Below are positions 9,845-19,131 of a DNA stretch of 64,000 bases, piece after piece. Positions within the stretch are counted from its first letter, which is position 1. Each line of letters begins with the position of its first letter. Both the position numbers and the translations under genes were made by a program. The DNA is from Bacteroidia bacterium (GTDB lineage Bacteria > Bacteroidota > Bacteroidia > AKYH767-A > OLB10), in contig JALRAP010000002.1 in NCBI GenBank assembly GCA_023262505.1, positions 415 to 64,414 of the forward strand, given 5' to 3'. The notes below the pieces were generated by a model. It made no database searches and was not told the DNA's origin. It worked only from the letters and a program-made list of their open reading frames with translations.

Positions 9845-12800
9845 ATGAAAATCAAATTTACAATGTTCAACATGGCAGTCTTGTTGATTTGCCTTCAAAT
9901 CACCAATCCTGCATCAGGTCAAGGCCTGATTCGATTCAAGACTGGCGACATTCAGACCACAAAAAATGTTGAATCATTTATTGCCAATCCACAGATAGAC
10001 CCGTCCGAGATTTTGGAAGGCAGGTATTTCCGAATCATCACATTTGAGAGCATTCCTTCAGCTGATCAAAGGAAGTCTATGGAGCAGGGGGGGATTTTCC
10101 TTTACAATTACCTTCCTGATAAGTCATACATGGCTGCTATTGAAACTCGTGCAGATTTACGCGTTTTGACCAAAGTAGCTGCTTATTCAGTTGTTTCATT
10201 CAACCCTATTTGGAAATTGCACAGGGATTTGATTTCCGGAAACATTCCACAATGGGCTATAAAGCAGGAAGGCACGGTCGACTTGATGATCAGGTACCAA
10301 AAAGGTATCGATGCAAGCGTGGTTGAAAATATTATCTCTGCAAAAGGAGCGAACATAATTCGTCGTTACGATTACGGAAGATGGTTCGAAGCACGCATCC
10401 CGGTTTATAAGTTGATGGATTTCGCCTCCCTGTCCATTGTTAATGGCCTAGAACCTGTATCTCCACCACCAACACCCGATGATGAAAAAGGCCGCTCCCT
10501 TCATAGGTCAAACGCAATCAACTCCGATTCCCCCATGGGTAGGCATTATGATGGGAATGGCGTTTCTATCGCTTTAGCAGATGACGGACCCGTAGGTCCT
10601 CATATTGACTATGAAGGCCGCATCGACCAATCCAATACAACCGCTAATACCGGTACGCATGGCGATATGACAACCGGTATCTGTATGGGAGCTGGTAATC
10701 TAAACCCAACCATCAGAGGGATGGGTACAGGAGCTTTTATTTACATCTACGATATTGGAGGCTACAACCACGTTTTGAATTCACCAACAACCAACCAAAC
10801 CCTGGGAGTGATGGTAACTTCAACTTCCTATTCCCAAGGATGTAATGATTATTCAACCGATACTCAAACCGGAGATCAAATCCTCAATCAAAATCCAACA
10901 TTGTTGCACGTCTATTCAGCAGGTAACAATGGAACTGGTAATTGCAATTATGGAGCAGGAAGCGGTTGGGGAAACATCACTGGTGGTTACAAGCAAGGCA
11001 AAAATGTAATAGCTTGCGGAAACCTCAGTTATCTTGATGTGTTGGAAACCAGCTCAAGTCGTGGTCCATCCGAAGATGGTAGAATCAAGCCTGATATTTG
11101 CGCAAATGGAGTAGGTCAGCTTTCAACGAATGGTCCGAACACCTACCAGACCGGAGGCGGAACCTCTGCTGCCTGTCCTGGTGTAGCTGGTATTGTTTCA
11201 CAATTACACCAGGCCTACCGCGAGTTAAATGGCGGACAAAATGCTGAAGGAGCACTTTTGAAGGCCTGCCTTTTAAATTCAGCTGAAGATTTGGGAAATC
11301 CAGGTCCTGATTTTCGCTTTGGATGGGGCAGGGTGAATGCACTAAGGGCCGTTACAACACTTGAAGACAATAGATACGTATCGGGATTGATTTCACAAGG
11401 AGGTTCAGCCACTCATAGTATTACAGTTCCCGCCAATACCAAGCAGCTGCGGGTAATGCTTTATTGGAATGATGTGGAGGGAGATCCATTGGCAGCGAAG
11501 GCACTTGTAAACGATTTGAATATTGTTGTTTCAGATCCGACTTCCAATCAATTCCAACCATGGGTTCTGAATCCCGCGCCCAATGCCACAACACTTAATG
11601 CCAACGCAGTTAGAGGCACAGACGCCCTCAATAACATGGAACAGGTAACCATTGATGATCCATCTGCTGGTACATACACAATCACTATCGATGGGTTTCT
11701 TATACCACAAGGCCCTCAGAAATACTATTTGGTTTATGAATTCAGGAACGAAGAAATCGAAGTGACCTACCCAATTGGCAATGAAGGATTCGTGCCAGGA
11801 GAAACAGAGACAATAAGATGGGATACTTATGGTAACATTGGAACTTTTACAATGGATTACTCCATAGACAATGGAGCAAATTGGACCACTGCATCAGCAA
11901 CCATTCCAGCTGCACAACGCTTCTATAATTGGACCGTACCTGCTACCGTTACCGGGCAAGCGTTGGTGCGAGTTACTAGGAACGGTTTCACAGGGCAAAG
12001 TCCAGAGCCATTTTCAATTATCGGTTTGCCGGCAAACATTACGGTCGATTGGGCCTGTCCCGACTCAGTTCGTCTTGTTTGGTCCGCCGTACCAGGAGCT
12101 ATCGGTTATGAGGTTAGTAAACTGGGAACGATGTATATGGATTCTTCTGCTTATTCAACCACGACTGCTGCAGTAGTTACTGGTATCAATCCAACAATTG
12201 GACAGTGGTTTAGTGTGAGGGCCATTACACCCGACAACACCAAAGGAAGAAGAGCAAATGCGGTTTACAAAGCTCCAGGCGTATTCTCATGTCCAATTGC
12301 ATTGGATGCATCCATCAATCAATTGGTGAGCCCACCTAACACCTTACAGAGTTGCCAAGGCCTTTCCAACGTTCCTGTAACCGTGCGAATTGATAATGAT
12401 GGCTTATCACCAATTAGCAATGTTCCAGTTACTTTTTCTCTGAATGGAGCTGCGCCTGTTAACGAAATCGCTACCGCAACAATCGCACCCGGTGGATTTC
12501 TGAATTACACCTTTACCAACACCATAAACCTGTCAAACCCTAGTACGTATAGTTTGCAAGTATGGACCGGTTTAGTTGGAGATGGCAATTCGTTCAACGA
12601 TTCATCAAACACCAATATTCAAGTAACTTCCGGAACTATTGTAAATCTTCCATACAGTGAGAACTTTGAGACTCAAACAAACTGTGCAACAGCAAACAAC
12701 TGTGCCGCCACTGTTTGTACGCTCTCCAATGGATGGGTTAATCTGGCAAATGGGGATGGTGATGATATAGATTGGAGGGTGAATGCCGGTGTAACTCCTT

Positions 12801-14272
12801 CTGCCAACACAGGGCCTGATGTGGATCACAATCCAGGCACTGCCGCTGGCAAGTATGTATACTTAGAAGCTTCGGCATGTTTCAGCCAAGAGGCTATTCT
12901 AGTATCACCTTGTATCAACTTATCAGGGTCAAACAATCCTGTTTTTGAATTCTGGTACCATATGTTTGGCGCCAACATGGGAGAGCTTCACACGGATATC
13001 TATGTAAATGGAAATTGGATTCTAGATGCCTATCCTGTTCTGTCTGGAAACTTAGGGAATGTTTGGCAGTTAGGCTCCTTGAACTTGGCAGCATATAATG
13101 GGCAAATCATCAATGTCAGGTTCAGGGGAGTTACTGGATTGGATTTCGCTAGTGATATGGCAATAGATGACATTTTCGTTTATGATACCAGCGCCCCTCC
13201 AGTTGCAGCATTTAATGTCAACCCAACCAATATTTGTGTTGGACAAACCATTAATCTCACAGACCTTTCAACAAATCTGCCTGTTTCATGGAATTGGGTT
13301 ATTTCTCCAAGCACAGGATTCTCGTTTGCCAATGGCACAAGTTCCTCTTCACAAAATCCAAGCATCACTTTCACAACTCCAGGCAGCTACGACATTCAGC
13401 TAACAGTTTCGAATGGATTCGGTAGCTCCACCGTTACCCAAAACACAGCCTTGTCAGTCGGAATTGCTAGTGCTATTCCAATCACTGAAACGTTCCAAGC
13501 AGCCACTTTCCCTCCGGCAAACTGGAATTTGGAGAACCTCGACAATGCCACCACTTGGGTACAGTCTACCTCGGTGACCGGTGCTGATGGCAATCCTACA
13601 TTGGCCTCCTTCATGGATAACTTCAACTACAACGCTGCCGGACAGGAAGATGGAATATTAACTGAGCGCTTTGACTTGAACAATGTGAACACAGGATACA
13701 TGACTTTCGATGTTGCTCATGCAAGATATTCCCAAGCTTATGAAGACGCACTTAGAATTGATATCTCAACCGATTGCGGAGCAACATTTATCCCATCTGG
13801 CTACCTGAAGCAAGGAACAACCTTAGCCACAGTAGCAGATCAAACCACCCTGTTTGCTCCACAAAATGCATCGGATTGGCGAAAGGACACTTTGGATCTA
13901 AGTGGCTATGTTAACAACGAAATAATTGTCAAGTTCGTTAACATAACTGGATACGGAAACTCTTTGTACCTGGATAATATCAATGTGGATTTCACTTCTT
14001 CGTTTGGACAACCTTCATCACTAAACGATTTATCAGTGTATCCAAATCCAGGAAATGGATTTTTCACATTGGAAATTTCGTCTTCGAACTCTTCCACAGC
14101 AAAAATCAGTGTCATGGACACGAAAGGAGCAATCGTTTATGATGATGAATTGGTTGTTTTCAAAGGAGTCAATAGAAAAGCTCTTGATTTGACAAGCCTT
14201 CCAAAAGGAATATATCAACTGAAAATCAATGACGGTTTGAATCTGCGGACAGTAAAATTGGTTGTTATCTGA
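9845..14272 (+). CDS. Multidomain secreted S8 subtilisin-like serine peptidase with MAM-like domains, a PKD-like domain and a T9SS (type A) C-terminal sorting domain
   Basis: 1475 aa. Signal peptide MKIKFTMFNMAVLLICLQITNPASGQG. Catalytic triad segments appear in D-H-S order: ALADDGP, NTGTHGDMTTG, GGGTSAACPG. A MAM-like block follows (...FWYHMFGANMGELHTDIYVNG...MAIDDIFVYD), then a PKD-like segment (PVAAFNVNPTNICVGQTINLTD) and a second MAM-like / choice-of-anchor-like block. The C-terminus LSVYPNPGNGFFTLEIS...GIYQLKINDGLNLRTVKLVVI matches the Por/T9SS sorting-domain pattern. Confidence 0.8.
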   Translation: MKIKFTMFNMAVLLICLQITNPASGQGLIRFKTGDIQTTKNVESFIANPQIDPSEILEGRYFRIITFESIPSADQRKSMEQGGIFLYNYLPDKSYMAAIETRADLRVLTKVAAYSVVSFNPIWKLHRDLISGNIPQWAIKQEGTVDLMIRYQKGIDASVVENIISAKGANIIRRYDYGRWFEARIPVYKLMDFASLSIVNGLEPVSPPPTPDDEKGRSLHRSNAINSDSPMGRHYDGNGVSIALADDGPVGPHIDYEGRIDQSNTTANTGTHGDMTTGICMGAGNLNPTIRGMGTGAFIYIYDIGGYNHVLNSPTTNQTLGVMVTSTSYSQGCNDYSTDTQTGDQILNQNPTLLHVYSAGNNGTGNCNYGAGSGWGNITGGYKQGKNVIACGNLSYLDVLETSSSRGPSEDGRIKPDICANGVGQLSTNGPNTYQTGGGTSAACPGVAGIVSQLHQAYRELNGGQNAEGALLKACLLNSAEDLGNPGPDFRFGWGRVNALRAVTTLEDNRYVSGLISQGGSATHSITVPANTKQLRVMLYWNDVEGDPLAAKALVNDLNIVVSDPTSNQFQPWVLNPAPNATTLNANAVRGTDALNNMEQVTIDDPSAGTYTITIDGFLIPQGPQKYYLVYEFRNEEIEVTYPIGNEGFVPGETETIRWDTYGNIGTFTMDYSIDNGANWTTASATIPAAQRFYNWTVPATVTGQALVRVTRNGFTGQSPEPFSIIGLPANITVDWACPDSVRLVWSAVPGAIGYEVSKLGTMYMDSSAYSTTTAAVVTGINPTIGQWFSVRAITPDNTKGRRANAVYKAPGVFSCPIALDASINQLVSPPNTLQSCQGLSNVPVTVRIDNDGLSPISNVPVTFSLNGAAPVNEIATATIAPGGFLNYTFTNTINLSNPSTYSLQVWTGLVGDGNSFNDSSNTNIQVTSGTIVNLPYSENFETQTNCATANNCAATVCTLSNGWVNLANGDGDDIDWRVNAGVTPSANTGPDVDHNPGTAAGKYVYLEASACFSQEAILVSPCINLSGSNNPVFEFWYHMFGANMGELHTDIYVNGNWILDAYPVLSGNLGNVWQLGSLNLAAYNGQIINVRFRGVTGLDFASDMAIDDIFVYDTSAPPVAAFNVNPTNICVGQTINLTDLSTNLPVSWNWVISPSTGFSFANGTSSSSQNPSITFTTPGSYDIQLTVSNGFGSSTVTQNTALSVGIASAIPITETFQAATFPPANWNLENLDNATTWVQSTSVTGADGNPTLASFMDNFNYNAAGQEDGILTERFDLNNVNTGYMTFDVAHARYSQAYEDALRIDISTDCGATFIPSGYLKQGTTLATVADQTTLFAPQNASDWRKDTLDLSGYVNNEIIVKFVNITGYGNSLYLDNINVDFTSSFGQPSSLNDLSVYPNPGNGFFTLEISSSNSSTAKISVMDTKGAIVYDDELVVFKGVNRKALDLTSLPKGIYQLKINDGLNLRTVKLVVI

Positions 14273-14324
14273 TAGATACCCTTTCAATGATTGAAACAAC
14301 GATAACATCAATCTGATTATAGTT

Positions 14325-15209
14325 ATGGATTCTAGGCCATTTCCGATTTCAGGGGGAAGAAATATGCCGCAGTCTGTTCCAGATACTGCAGGAGTATATT
14401 ATCTGCTTGACCGGTATCAGAAGCCATTGTATATTGGAAAAGCTGGAAATATCAGGAAGCGTATTTTAACCCACGATTATTCGGAAGATGGGGTCTTGAG
14501 CCGCCATGGTGAATGGATCAAGTTTCTGAAATGGGAGCTTACGGGCAATACTGTCATAGCTTCCTTGTTAGAAGACCACAGAATCAGATCTTATTGGCCA
14601 CAACTTAACAGAGCTCAGAAATCAAAACCACTCAAGTTTGCCGTTGAATATTACCTGGATCGGCAAGAGCGTTGGAGGATGTCTGTAGTCACTAAGCAAT
14701 CTTACAGAACAAATTCCATACATTTCCATAGTTATCCTGATGCCATAAGCCATGTTTCTGAAAAGGTCAGGAAATGGAATCTTAACGGCAGATTATGTTC
14801 GGTTCCCTTTAATCATGACGTTGATAAGGAGAAACACCAAGGCCATTTTATCAATATGGTCAATGACGAGAAAAGCCATATTACATACGATTTGTTTTAC
14901 GGCAAAGGAAGGACACAGGGTGAACAATCTTTTGTTTTACTTTCCAATGGTATTTACCAAGGATTCGGTTTCATACCAGAGAATGAAAGTCGAAATCCCC
15001 ACCTTATTCAACGTAACCTGGTGGAGTGCTTGTCATCGCCCACAACCGAAAAAACAATCAAACATTTGATTGAAAAGAAGGGAATTGATTTCAGTTTCAC
15101 CGGTATCGAATTGAGTAATGTGATTCAAACAATGAAAGCTTTGCCAATGGAACGAAGAGGAAGTTTATGCATACCTTTCAACGAAAACACCCCTTCCGCC
15201 GCAATATAG
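14325..15209 (+). CDS. GIY-YIG nuclease, excinuclease Cho-like (UvrC N-terminal-domain homolog)
   Basis: 294 aa; the alternative start MPQSV at 14364 gives 281 aa. The N-terminus GVYYLLDRYQKPLYIGKAGNIRKRILTH aligns with the E. coli Cho GIY-YIG core (GVYLFHGE..PLYIGKSVNIRSRVLSH). The size is the same as Cho (295 aa). Confidence 0.55.
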   Translation: MDSRPFPISGGRNMPQSVPDTAGVYYLLDRYQKPLYIGKAGNIRKRILTHDYSEDGVLSRHGEWIKFLKWELTGNTVIASLLEDHRIRSYWPQLNRAQKSKPLKFAVEYYLDRQERWRMSVVTKQSYRTNSIHFHSYPDAISHVSEKVRKWNLNGRLCSVPFNHDVDKEKHQGHFINMVNDEKSHITYDLFYGKGRTQGEQSFVLLSNGIYQGFGFIPENESRNPHLIQRNLVECLSSPTTEKTIKHLIEKKGIDFSFTGIELSNVIQTMKALPMERRGSLCIPFNENTPSAAI

Positions 15210-15230
15210 GGCGGAAGGGAGTGTTATAAA

Positions 15231-15572
15231 TCAGCCCTTACGGGAGCCGACAATCAGCAGATCGTTTACCTGTATTTCCGATACGTACTTTTTCACTCCG
15301 GATTTATCAGTGTAGTTTCTATTGATCAGCTTGCCTTCTACAACCACCTCAGAGCCCTTTTGTAGGTACTTGGACATAAACTCAGCGGTTTTGCCCCATG
15401 CGACCAAATTATGCCACATGGTTTCGGTGACCTTTTCACCTTTGCTGTTTTTATAGGATTCGTTGGTAGCCAATGAGACTTTGGCGAGTTTGTATCCGCC
15501 ATCGGTCTCCTTCATTTCGGGATCGTTACCCAAGTTGCCTATGAGTGTCACTTTGTTTTTGATTGCATTCAT
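15231..15572 (-). CDS. ssb: Single-stranded DNA-binding protein
   Basis: 113 aa. OB-fold SSB core: MNAIKNKVTLIGNLGNDPEM...WHNLVAWGKTAEF...VVVEGKLINRNYTDKSG. Confidence 0.85.
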   Translation of the reverse strand: MNAIKNKVTLIGNLGNDPEMKETDGGYKLAKVSLATNESYKNSKGEKVTETMWHNLVAWGKTAEFMSKYLQKGSEVVVEGKLINRNYTDKSGVKKYVSEIQVNDLLIVGSRKG

Positions 15573-15730
15573 GTTGTTGATTTTAATAGTTAATTGAAAA
15601 ATGAATTAATTTGTACAGTGGTGCTTTTGCCGAGTTCAAGCGCTTTTCGACAATGCAAATCTCTACACACATTTTTCATAAATCAAATTTTCACATCAAC
15701 TTAAACGTTTAATTTAAAATCCGCTTTTCT

Positions 15731-15904
15731 ATGAAATGCATCTGCAATTTTTGCGGCAAAGCCGTGAAAGGTCGCACGGACAAAAAATTCTGCCGTCTTA
15801 CGTGCAAAAACTCTTATCACAATTCTTCCCGAAAAAAAAGATTCGATAGCTATGGCGAAGAACCGAAACCACCCCAATATGGAAGAAGAGCAAGTAGGAA
15901 ATAG
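15731..15904 (+). CDS. Small Cys4 zinc-ribbon protein (57 aa; FCS/DUF2256-like pattern), not in the ORF track
   Basis: ATG at 15731 to TAG at 15902..15904. Translation: MKCICNFCGKAVKGRTDKKFCRLTCKNSYHNSSRKKRFDSYGEEPKPPQYGRRASRK. It has two CxxC pairs (C-x2-C-G-K ... F-C-x3-C-K) and a basic tail. It ends 35 nt upstream of the ABC-F gene on the same strand. The listed minus-strand ORF 15701..16009 is its antisense shadow. Confidence 0.35.
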   Translation: MKCICNFCGKAVKGRTDKKFCRLTCKNSYHNSSRKKRFDSYGEEPKPPQYGRRASRK

Positions 15905-15938
15905 AACCAAATTCATGCTCTTGTCGTAACTTAGAGGC

Positions 15939-17807
15939 ATGAATATATTGACTGGAGAAAGTCTTGGTAAGTCGTTTTCTGAAAAATCACTTTTTGAAGG
16001 GATAAGCATTTCACTGCAAAAGAATCAGAAGTCGGCCCTAATAGCTGCCAATGGGGTTGGAAAATCAACTTTGTTACGGATTTTAGCCGGCAAAGAAACG
16101 GCTGACTCTGGTAAGGTGAGTATTCGTAATTCCGTTACCATGGGATATCTGGAACAGGAGCCCGCGCTGGATTCTAATTCCGGAATCATGGAAGTCATTT
16201 TCGAATCATCATCCCCGGTATTGAAAGCGCTAGGGCGCTATGAATCCTTGATTGATTTAGGTGAATTAGCGGATAAAAATGAACTTCAGGAGACCATTGA
16301 CCTTATCGATTCCTTAGGAGCTTGGGATCATGAATCAAAAGCCAGGGAGATTCTCTCCAAACTCGGTATCCAAGATTTGGATAGAACAATCGGTACCCTT
16401 TCTGGTGGACAAAAGAAAAGGGTTGCCCTCGCTAGGCTATTGGTTGAAGAGCCCGACTTGTTGCTTTTGGATGAACCGACCAACCACCTGGATTTGGATA
16501 TGATTGAGTGGTTAGAATCATATTTAGGTAAGCTCAATAAAACGATACTTTTGATTTCACACGATCGGTATTTCCTGGAAGGTGTTTGCGATACCATTTT
16601 GGAACTAACGCCTGATCGTCTATATTCTTATCAAGGCGATTACGCCTATTTTTTGGAAAAAAAGGACGAGCGCGAATTCCGTGAGGGAAGGGAAATCGAT
16701 AAAGCAAACAATCTGTTGAGGACTGAGCTTGAGTGGATGCGAAGGCAACCCAAAGCAAGAAGCACAAAACAAAAAGCCCGCATCGATTCTTTTTATGATT
16801 TGGAAAAGAAGGCCGGGTCTGCAAAAACGGAAGACAAGATGCAAATCACCATGCAAATGTCTCGCATGGGAAGTAAAATCCTGGAACTTGAAAATGTTTG
16901 TAAAGAGCTAGGGGGAAGGAAACTCATACATGATTTAAGCCACGTATTCAAAAGAGGTGAGAAAATCGGAATAGTCGGTAAGAACGGTAGCGGTAAATCC
17001 ACTTTGTTGAATATGATCATGGGTTTGGTCAAGCCTGATGCCGGCAGGATAAGGGCGGGGGAGACCATGAAGTTTGGGTATTTTTCACAAGAAGGATTGA
17101 AGTTGCCTGCCGACAAAAGGGTAATTGAGGTGGCACGGGATATTGCAGAGTACATCGAGACGGGTAATGGAAACTATATGAATGTGACAAAATTCCTGGA
17201 ACATTTCAGGTTTAGCCCATCCAACCAATACAACTTCGTTTCCAAATTAAGCGGAGGAGAGAAGAGAAGGCTTCAGCTGCTTACAGTACTGCTTCAAAGT
17301 CCCAATTTTCTGATTTTAGATGAGCCTACTAATGATTTGGACATCGTAACCCTAAATCTTTTGGAGGAATTCCTGATAGGATATGAAGGTTGTTTGTTGC
17401 TAGTTACACATGATAGATATTTCATGGATAAGTTAGTTGACCATGTTTTTGTATTAACCGATGGAGGAAAGGTTCTGGACATTCATGGCAACTATTCGAC
17501 TTACCGTGATGCCATCAATAATTTTGAAAAGAAGTCTATCAAACAAGATGAGGCTCCACTTGTAAACGATACTCGAAATCGAAACCGAAAGGAGAAATTA
17601 TCATATAAGGAACAACAGGAATACCAATCACTGGAAGTCGAAATATCCAATCTGGAAAACGAAAAAATTCAATTGGAGAACAAAATGTCAGATACATCTT
17701 CAAATCCAGATGAAATACACAAGACTTCATTAAGATATGGTGATGTTTGTAAGCTGATTGATGATAAAACGACCAGGTGGTTGGAATTGGCAGAAAGGGC
17801 TAGTTAG
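15939..17807 (+). CDS. ABC-F family ATPase (tandem ABC cassettes, Uup/EttA class translation factor) with C-terminal coiled-coil
   Basis: 622 aa. Two Walker A motifs (ANGVGKST; GKNGSGKST) and two signature motifs (LSGGQKKRVALARLL; LSGGEKRRLQLL). No transmembrane domain. The C-terminus is a charged coiled-coil tail like Uup. Confidence 0.85.
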   Translation: MNILTGESLGKSFSEKSLFEGISISLQKNQKSALIAANGVGKSTLLRILAGKETADSGKVSIRNSVTMGYLEQEPALDSNSGIMEVIFESSSPVLKALGRYESLIDLGELADKNELQETIDLIDSLGAWDHESKAREILSKLGIQDLDRTIGTLSGGQKKRVALARLLVEEPDLLLLDEPTNHLDLDMIEWLESYLGKLNKTILLISHDRYFLEGVCDTILELTPDRLYSYQGDYAYFLEKKDEREFREGREIDKANNLLRTELEWMRRQPKARSTKQKARIDSFYDLEKKAGSAKTEDKMQITMQMSRMGSKILELENVCKELGGRKLIHDLSHVFKRGEKIGIVGKNGSGKSTLLNMIMGLVKPDAGRIRAGETMKFGYFSQEGLKLPADKRVIEVARDIAEYIETGNGNYMNVTKFLEHFRFSPSNQYNFVSKLSGGEKRRLQLLTVLLQSPNFLILDEPTNDLDIVTLNLLEEFLIGYEGCLLLVTHDRYFMDKLVDHVFVLTDGGKVLDIHGNYSTYRDAINNFEKKSIKQDEAPLVNDTRNRNRKEKLSYKEQQEYQSLEVEISNLENEKIQLENKMSDTSSNPDEIHKTSLRYGDVCKLIDDKTTRWLELAERAS

Positions 17808-18652
17808 TTAAAGCCAGACAAATAATCCGAAACCAGTTTGTTCAGCTTTTCAGCTGATTCAGCCGAATATTTACGATTTTCAAATTCAGTCACATTCTTC
17901 ACCCAGTTCATTACATTGGTGAGCAATACCTCGTCGGCGTTTAAAAGGTCGGCTTTCGTAAGTGGTATTTCCCTTACGGTGATGTCGTTTCTGTTCATTA
18001 TGCCAATTAGATGGCGGCGCATGACACCATCTATACATCCTTCCGTAACAGGTGGTGTATAGTATTCATTTCCATTTTTCAAAAACAAATTGGATGTGTG
18101 CGATTCCACCAACCTGTTCTCATTATTCATGATAATGCATTCTTCAGCGCCGGAAGATGCAGCGTGAAGGCCTGCCATAACATAGATCAGGCTACTGGTG
18201 GTTTTAAATCTGGATACCATGGAATTATCTTTTCTCATGGATGGAAAAAGAACCAATTTACATTTAGCAAACGTTGTCAAATCCTTAGCCTCGTTTTCTC
18301 GAATCACCAAATGCCATGATGAATTAAGGTCAGATGGGGTATAAAAGCCTGAAGCATCTCGGTAAATGGTGAGCCTAGCACGTCCGTTTGATATCCTTTC
18401 AGTTTGAACCGTAACGGATATAAACTCATGCATGTGTTTTTCAAACGCCTCCAAGGGATGTTCCAAACACATACGATCCATGCCAAATATCATTCTCTCA
18501 ATATGACTCGATAGGAATTGCGGCTTACCATTGAAAATCCGAATGGTTTCGAATAATCCATCACCAAAAAGAAAGGACCTGTTTTCGCCATTCAGTATGG
18601 TGGATCCTGGATGTATTTTGTTTCCATTAAGATATTCAACAATCCTACTCAT
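17804..18652 (-). CDS. Class-IV (fold type IV) PLP aminotransferase family protein, aminodeoxychorismate-lyase-like
   Basis: 282 aa, the size of PabC / D-amino-acid aminotransferase. The N-terminus FLFGDGLFETIRIFNGKPQFLSSHIERM is typical of the family (FGDGVFE.. / H..RL). Its 3' end overlaps the ABC-F stop (convergent). Confidence 0.6.
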   Translation of the reverse strand: MSRIVEYLNGNKIHPGSTILNGENRSFLFGDGLFETIRIFNGKPQFLSSHIERMIFGMDRMCLEHPLEAFEKHMHEFISVTVQTERISNGRARLTIYRDASGFYTPSDLNSSWHLVIRENEAKDLTTFAKCKLVLFPSMRKDNSMVSRFKTTSSLIYVMAGLHAASSGAEECIIMNNENRLVESHTSNLFLKNGNEYYTPPVTEGCIDGVMRRHLIGIMNRNDITVREIPLTKADLLNADEVLLTNVMNWVKNVTEFENRKYSAESAEKLNKLVSDYLSGFN

Positions 18653-19131
18653 AGAAATTGATTCAAATTGGACATGAAATCAGAATTGGATTGTACCAAG
18701 CGTCCTGTTATGTCAGCACCTTTGGCAGCATCCATGTCGCGCTCCATGTCTCCAATGAAAAATGACACATTTATATCTATATCAAAACGTGCTATTGCCT
18801 TTTCAACCAAAAGGCTTCCAGGTTTTCGGCAAAGACATTTTCCATAATCCGTATGGTGTGGACAATAATAAATTTCCAAAATGGAAACACCTGCATTTTT
18901 GAAAATGTGAATCATGTGCTGGTGGAGCTTATCTACATCTTCATGATTATATAAACCTTTTGCGATTCCACCCTGGTTGGTTATTAAGATGATTTCATAA
19001 CCTAAGTCTTGTAGCTTTTCGCATCCTTGAATCACATTCGGCAGGATCTCAAAATCCTCAATCCGCCAAGTATAATCCATTCGATCCTTATTGACCACGC
19101 CATCACGATCTAGAAAAACAACTTTTCTCAT
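18649..19131 (-). CDS. HAD-IIIA phosphatase, GmhB-like (D,D-heptose-1,7-bisphosphate phosphatase / histidinol-phosphatase family)
   Basis: 160 aa. HAD motif I is FLDRDGVVN. The Zn-binding insertion CPHHTDYGKCLCRKP (C-x-H-x6-C-x-C) is characteristic of GmhB. It overlaps the downstream gene by 4 bp. Confidence 0.65.
   Translation of the reverse strand: MRKVVFLDRDGVVNKDRMDYTWRIEDFEILPNVIQGCEKLQDLGYEIILITNQGGIAKGLYNHEDVDKLHQHMIHIFKNAGVSILEIYYCPHHTDYGKCLCRKPGSLLVEKAIARFDIDINVSFFIGDMERDMDAAKGADITGRLVQSNSDFMSNLNQFL

Noticed and set aside
9784-9972. 62-aa ORF overlapping the start of the S8 peptidase gene
   Set aside because: It is out of frame with, and overlapping, the signal-peptide-encoding start of a strongly supported 1475-aa gene.
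14752-15069. 105-aa alternative-frame ORF inside the Cho-like gene
   Set aside because: It is nested in the same strand's longer ORF, which carries the GIY-YIG motif. No independent evidence.
15701-16009. 102-aa minus-strand ORF spanning the ssb/ABC-F intergenic region
   Set aside because: It overlaps the start of the ABC-F gene and the better-formed 57-aa Cys4 ORF on the plus strand. Its translation is hydrophobic and repetitive with no motifs. I treat it as an antisense shadow.
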